The position numbers and the translations under genes were made by a program. From assembly GCF_006345805.1 (NCBI RefSeq), contig NW_021835257.1, positions 1 to 41,653 of the forward strand: 41,653 nt of DNA, given 5' to 3'. Positions 36,015 to 41,653 of this stretch are shown piece by piece. The DNA comes from Octopus sinensis (taxonomy: Eukaryota). Under the pieces are notes generated by a model, which was not told the DNA's origin, ran no database searches, and saw only the letters and a program-made list of their open reading frames with translations. Position 1 is the stretch's first letter, and each line of letters starts with the position of its first letter.

Positions 36015-36400
36015 CACAGTCGTGGCTGTGAGGTAAGAAGTTTGCTTCCCAACCACGTGGTTCCAGGTTCAGTCCCACTGTGTGGGGTACCCAGGGCAGG
36101 TGTCTCCTACTATAACCCCACACTAACCAAAGCCTTGTGAGTGGATTTGATAGACAGAAACTGAAAGAAGCCCATCATATCTATATATCTATACCTATAT
36201 ATATATGGCCTAGTGGTCGCAGGATCGCGGTTTCGATTCTCAGACCGGGCGTTGTGTGTGTTTATTGAGCGAAAACACCTAAAAGCTCTACGAGGCTCCG
36301 GCAGGGGGTGGTGATCCCTGCTGTACTCTTTCACCACAATGGCGGTGCCCCAGCATGGCCACAGCTCAAGAGCTGAAACTGGAAAAACAAAAACAAACAA
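36015..36400 (+). mobile_element. SINE A with a third SINE-like fragment (36205-36340) between its head and tail
   Basis: head gtggctgtgaggtaagaagtttgcttcccaaccac...ggttcagtccc; insert gtggtcgcaggatcgcggtttcgattc; tail ggcggtgccccagcatggcc. Confidence 0.7.
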
Positions 36401-36404
36401 ACAA

Positions 36405-36438
<34 letters not shown>

Positions 36439-36569
36439 ATGTATATATGATGATGGCCATCCACTCATGACTAAGGAAGACCATTGCTGACCTTTAGGAA
36501 CATTGTATGCTTTAAGACTAACTTATATTTTGCATTTGTGACTCTGCTGGTGGCTAATAAGCCCTGCTC

Positions 36570-37780
36570 TTGACATGCATACATGATTGCAAACCAAGCT
36601 TTCCCTATTCACTACACCAGCAGTGCACTTTGAAGCAGCATGCTTAAATTCTTCATGAAGATTATGTGCTTTTTCAAAGGTACCGACCCCCCCTCCTTAA
36701 CCTGCTTGCTTCATCTGTGGCAATAATTGGCCTCCTGCATATTACAGGCCTTTAATGAGGACTTGACACAGTCCTTAAATTGCAGCCTTGGTTTCTGCTG
36801 GGGCCTCTTCTGCTAAAAGTCCCCCATATAGCATCTGTTTAGGGATCCTGCTATCCTTCGTTCTAATAAGGTGTTCAGTCCAATGTAAGTGGTGCTTGTG
36901 CACCATCACCTCAATACTCAAAATATCAGCTTTCCTCAAGACATGTGTGTCAGGACTTTTAAGGTCCAGCCAACATTCAGAATGTGCCTCAGACATCTCT
37001 GATGGAAGCGTTCAAGTACCTTTACATGACGTTTGTAAAGGGTCCATGTCTCACATGAGTAAAAGAGTGATGTCAGTACACATGCATGGTACACAGCAAT
37101 TTGTGTTTGCCTTGTGATACCATGCTGGAACCAGAGTCCAAATGCTTTGCAAGAAGCAGAAATATGATTCATAAGTATTTGCATGTCATCCACTGTATGA
37201 CCAACTAAGTCACAGTCATCTGCATAAGGGAGGTCGCGAATAAGAGACTGGAAAACTTTGAATTGGCAGCAAATCAGTGTAGATTAAAGAGGCAGCCAGA
37301 AGATTGATACCTGACATATATTCCCAGAGAGCTAACCTTAGCAAAAGCATGAGTAAAAGCAGCAGCCAAGTACAAAGAAAAGAGAGTTGGGGCAAGGATG
37401 TCACACTGCTTGACACCATTCTCTAGAGGAATGGGTCCTGCCATGCCTCCACCAACACTGACCCAAGCCTCCATCCCATCATGAAATGATTTAATTATAG
37501 ATACAAATTGATCTGGACATCCAAGTTTGCCAAGTATTTTCCATAGCAGGCCCTATTCACAGTATCAAAGGCTTTGGTTAAATCAATGAATACCTGGACA
37601 AGATCCATTTCTGCTCAGAGCACTTGTCCTGCATCTGTCTTGCTGTGAAAATCATATCCATTGTTCCTCTACCAGTTCAAAAGCCACTTTGAGATTTAGA
37701 TAGGACATCACAAGCCCACAAGATGAGGAACACTTAGAGAGGGATGCAGGGGACATACCTATATGTAAGGACAACCATGC
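36570..37780 (-). mobile_element. decayed RTE (BovB-like subfamily) RT fragment
   Basis: NGVKQCDILAPTLFSLY; VYHACVLTSLFYSCETWTLYKRHVKVLERFHQRCLRHIL; HWTEHLIRTKDSRIPKQMLYG. Confidence 0.85.
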
Positions 37781-37897
37781 TTTTACTTAGGTGTACATAT
37801 TTTCTCAAGCACAAAAAAGGGCCATGAGTCTCAATCCTCAATCATTCCTCTGTGAAGCCCAATGTCTGAAAGATCTTTTCTCACATCAATGTTTGTG

Positions 37898-37938
<41 letters not shown>

Positions 37939-37985
37939 TGTGCGCATGTGCATGCATATATATATGTAAATATATATATATGTAA

Positions 37986-38018
<33 letters not shown>

Positions 38019-38070
38019 ATTGGTAAATCATAAATCTGAAAAAGAAGCATGCTCTAAGTTATAGAGTAGT

Positions 38071-38501
38071 ATAGATAAGGCAAATCTATGGAATTACTTT
38101 GGGTTTCACATCCATAAAGTTCTCAGCTTTACAGCATATCATCAGACCCCAAAACTGTTGGCACATGGCCTCTCTAGCAAGTGGCCTCTCAAGAAAAAGG
38201 AAGAGGAAAAGACTTTGTTACTCTATGTTTCACTTTGTCACTTTATGTTTGCACTTCAGAAAATTCCTGCTGGCATCCTGGGACCCACACAATAAGAGTC
38301 GATTACAAATTACAGCAGAAGGGAGACAATCTCCTCTTGTTGGCATAGTGTAACAAAGTCTTTTCCTCCTCCAATTTCTAGGGAGCTCACTTCCTAGAGA
38401 GGCCATGTACTAACAGTTTTCGGGGTCTGATGATAAGCTGTAAAGCTAAGCACTTTATGGATGTGAAACTCAGCGTAATCCCATAGACCAGCCTTATCTA
38501 T
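38071..38501. mobile_element. fold-back element (~155-bp arms)
   Basis: atagataagg...aagactttgttac versus gtaacaaagtctt...ccttatctat. Confidence 0.85.
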
Positions 38502-38536
38502 CTTCATATATATATATATATTTATTATATAGAAGG

Positions 38537-38587
38537 AGCTTCTACAGGACTAGAACTGTTTCATTCAAGAGAAATCTTCAGGAAGCT
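38537..38587 (-). ncRNA. type I hammerhead ribozyme candidate
   Basis: minus strand AGCUUC-CUGAAGA-UUUC-UCUU-GAAU-GAAA-CAG-UUCUAGUC-CUG-UA-GAAGCU: complete core, 6-bp stem I, 4-bp stem III, GUA cleavage triplet. Confidence 0.75.
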
Positions 38588-38789
38588 AGTTAACAAGAAT
38601 TGTATTGGCATTTATACATTTAGGCAGGTTTAAAGGGGTGGTGGTGGGGGACTTTTTGGGGGTAGGCATAGCGCAAAATATCATACTTGGGGGAGTGGTC
38701 AAGGAGTCAGTGGTAAATTAGATAAAAGAATAAATAAAAGAATAAAAAAATATATAAAAGAATAGAGTTTTAGGTAAATAAGGAGATTC

Positions 38790-38859
38790 TCACTTATACC
38801 TATACACATATGTATACATATATACACACACACGCACACATATACATACACACATACAT

Positions 38860-38890
<31 letters not shown>

Positions 38891-39597
38891 CACATACACA
38901 TACATACACATATCTACACACACATATATATATATATCTATATATATATATATATATATATATACATACACACATATACATGCATACACATATACACACA
39001 TGTATATATACACACACGACCACACATACATATACACACAAAAAAATATATACATACACACACATACACATACACGCATACACACACATATCCACATACA
39101 CACATGCACACACAACACACAAGTCCCTATATACACATATATACACATACACACATATACACATATATACATATATATATATATACATATGTGTACCAAT
39201 ACATACCTACACATACACACATATACATACAAATACAGACCCATTCCCTAATTTTAATTTTATTATCTTCATTTATTACTTTTGTTATCTTTGACCGCTG
39301 GTCACAAGCATTTTGGCTATGACAGCAAGTCCATTTATCTTTCTACTTGAAAACAAGCACTCATTCACGCACGCACACTCATTAGCATGCACACTCACTC
39401 ATTCGTACACTCATACACATACACGCACGCACGCGTTATATTCATACATACATACATCTACATACATTCACGTATATACACATACGTACGCGTACCTACA
39501 GATTCATGTCTAACACTCTTAGAAGGCTAGTCTATACATATACACCAATAGATATATATACAACATACATGTACACCTACATACAAATACATACATT

Positions 39598-39645
<48 letters not shown>

Positions 39646-39665
39646 TTATATATATATCTAATATA

Positions 39666-39705
<40 letters not shown>

Positions 39706-39845
39706 CATACACACACACTACATACGTATACTACATACATACATCCATACATACATATATACACATACACAACCCACACGTATTCATATACATACATATA
39801 TATACGCGCATGCATACACATACAAATACATACAAACATATACAT

Positions 39846-39879
<34 letters not shown>

Positions 39880-40250
39880 TATAATATATATATACACATA
39901 CATACATATACATACATACATATACAAATATACACACACACATACATACACATATACACATACACGCACATACACATGTACATGCGTACCCATACACACA
40001 CACACACGCGCATCCATATATACACATATGTACACACATGCGTAAAAGTATACATATATCTATGCTTACACATACACACACACACACGCGCCTCCTTATG
40101 TTCATACTTACATGCATACTCAAAAAATAAATAATAAAATATATATACGCGCAGTTATTCATACATGCATACTCAAAAAATAAATAATAAATATTAAGTA
40201 TATGTACGTGCAGTTACCTATTATACAGACGGATACATACATATAAACTT

Positions 40251-40307
<57 letters not shown>

Positions 40308-40482
40308 AATATATTATATATATATATATACATACTTACACATATGTACATATACATACACACATACATAACTCTACGTACCTACATATACATAAACACA
40401 CTTATATATATATATATATATACATATACACACCACATACATATACATATATATATATATATATAAATACATATATACACAC

Positions 40483-40517
<35 letters not shown>

Positions 40518-40524
40518 TACACAT

Positions 40525-40589
<65 letters not shown>

Positions 40590-40590
40590 T
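38790..40590. repeat. long mosaic (CA)/(TA)/(TACA) microsatellite region
   Basis: direct reading; source of all the V/C/Y- and H/T/Y-rich ORFs here. Confidence 0.9.
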
Positions 40591-40599
40591 ATATCAACA

Positions 40600-40800
40600 A
40601 TTGAGGGTAAAGTTAATTAGTTATTAATCAATTTCACCAAGTATTCAGTATGTAAAAGGACCATTATTTTATTGAGTAAACAATGTCTGAGAGAAAATAT
40701 TCTTTAAGTAGTGGAAGAGGCTAAAAAACTTTTTTGGCTGCTATTTCTAGAAAGTTCAGTATGTGGCAAAGTAATTTATTTTACTAAGCCCTAATTATAT
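40600..40800. repeat. composite related to two pieces at 24.7-24.95 kb
   Basis: 40600-40668 matches the reverse complement of ~24870-24940; 40680-40800 matches ~24733-24846. Confidence 0.7.
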
Positions 40801-41469
40801 AATATTTTTACATACATACACATACATACACACATACATATACACATACATATGCATACACACACATATATACATATACACACGCACCACACACAACATA
40901 CACACACACACATACATATATATATTTTTTTTTTAATACACACACCACACACACACAACATAATACATGCGTATATTCCTACTATACCCATACATTTCTA
41001 TACATATATACGATACACATATACAAGCGTGCACATACAATATGTGAAAGATCTTAGGAGAAAAGGTAATCGGGGGTGCTAGGGGAACGGTGGGATTGGG
41101 GGGGGGGGTTGTGGGTGGGGTGTCTGTCATCATCTGGGCCGGGTAGGTCTATAGTTCTTGTAGTTTGCATAATTCTTATGCATGCAATTTGGGGAGTGTT
41201 CTGAGATCTTGTTAAGGAGAGGGCCAGTGTGTTTCTATATATATATATATATATATACATACACACATATATACATACATATCATGATATACATACATAT
41301 ATATAATATATATACGTATACATACATATATACATACACACAATGCACGCGCATACATAAATAATATATATACATTCAATCATTCATGCATAAACAAGCA
41401 CATCATCAACACATGCACAGACAAATAAGAGATGTAGGTTTGCATGTGTGTAGTTTATATTTATGAATA

Positions 41470-41500
<31 letters not shown>

Positions 41501-41653
41501 GTGTGGCTATAACATGCACACCACAAGCCTTTGATTCATTTAACTTCTGACTATTACCATCTAATTAAGACTCTTGTTTTCTCGTTATTACACTACACCA
41601 CCACCTACACTTGACAAGCTACTCTCTTCTACTCTCACTCACACCCATCCCAA

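Noticed and set aside
40101-40216. ~57-bp tandem duplication
   Set aside because: Local slippage product within a microsatellite region with no functional signal
38699-41364. Many 60-180 aa ORFs rich in V/C/Y/I or H/T/Y (also at 0.8-1.3, 6.1-6.5, 9.3-10.2, 11.8-12.6, 23.8-24.4 and 26.6-27 kb)
   Set aside because: Translations of CA/TA/TATC microsatellites, which lack stops in most frames

Overview
AT-rich, microsatellite-saturated animal DNA with no confidently identifiable host gene. The microsatellite load, SINE families and (GAT)n-tailed RTE LINEs suggest a cephalopod, probably Octopus (inference from recalled repeat families, not a database match). Nearly all ORFs in the supplied track are microsatellite translations or transposon relics. 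The main elements are: (1) a ~4.4-kb full-length RTE LINE (28775-33225) with APE, RT and a PHD-like finger, broken only by two single-G deficits in G runs; (2) older RTE copies and isolated RTE 3' tails; (3) DD37D (maT-type) Tc1/mariner, pogo/Tigger, Helitron-like, solo-LTR and CRE-like relics; (4) at least two SINE families; (5) several fold-back elements, most in or next to (TA)n tracts; (6) Penelope-like (PLE) remnants carrying type I hammerhead ribozyme motifs that the ORF track cannot show. The best hammerhead is at 38537-38587 (minus strand), with others at 4042-4128, 17558-17597 and 24585-24665. Leading hypothesis: many of the TA-embedded fold-backs are short hammerhead-bearing, PLE-derived retroelements rather than DNA-transposon MITEs. 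All alignments and folds were done by eye, and element boundaries are approximate unless a TSD or TIR is cited.
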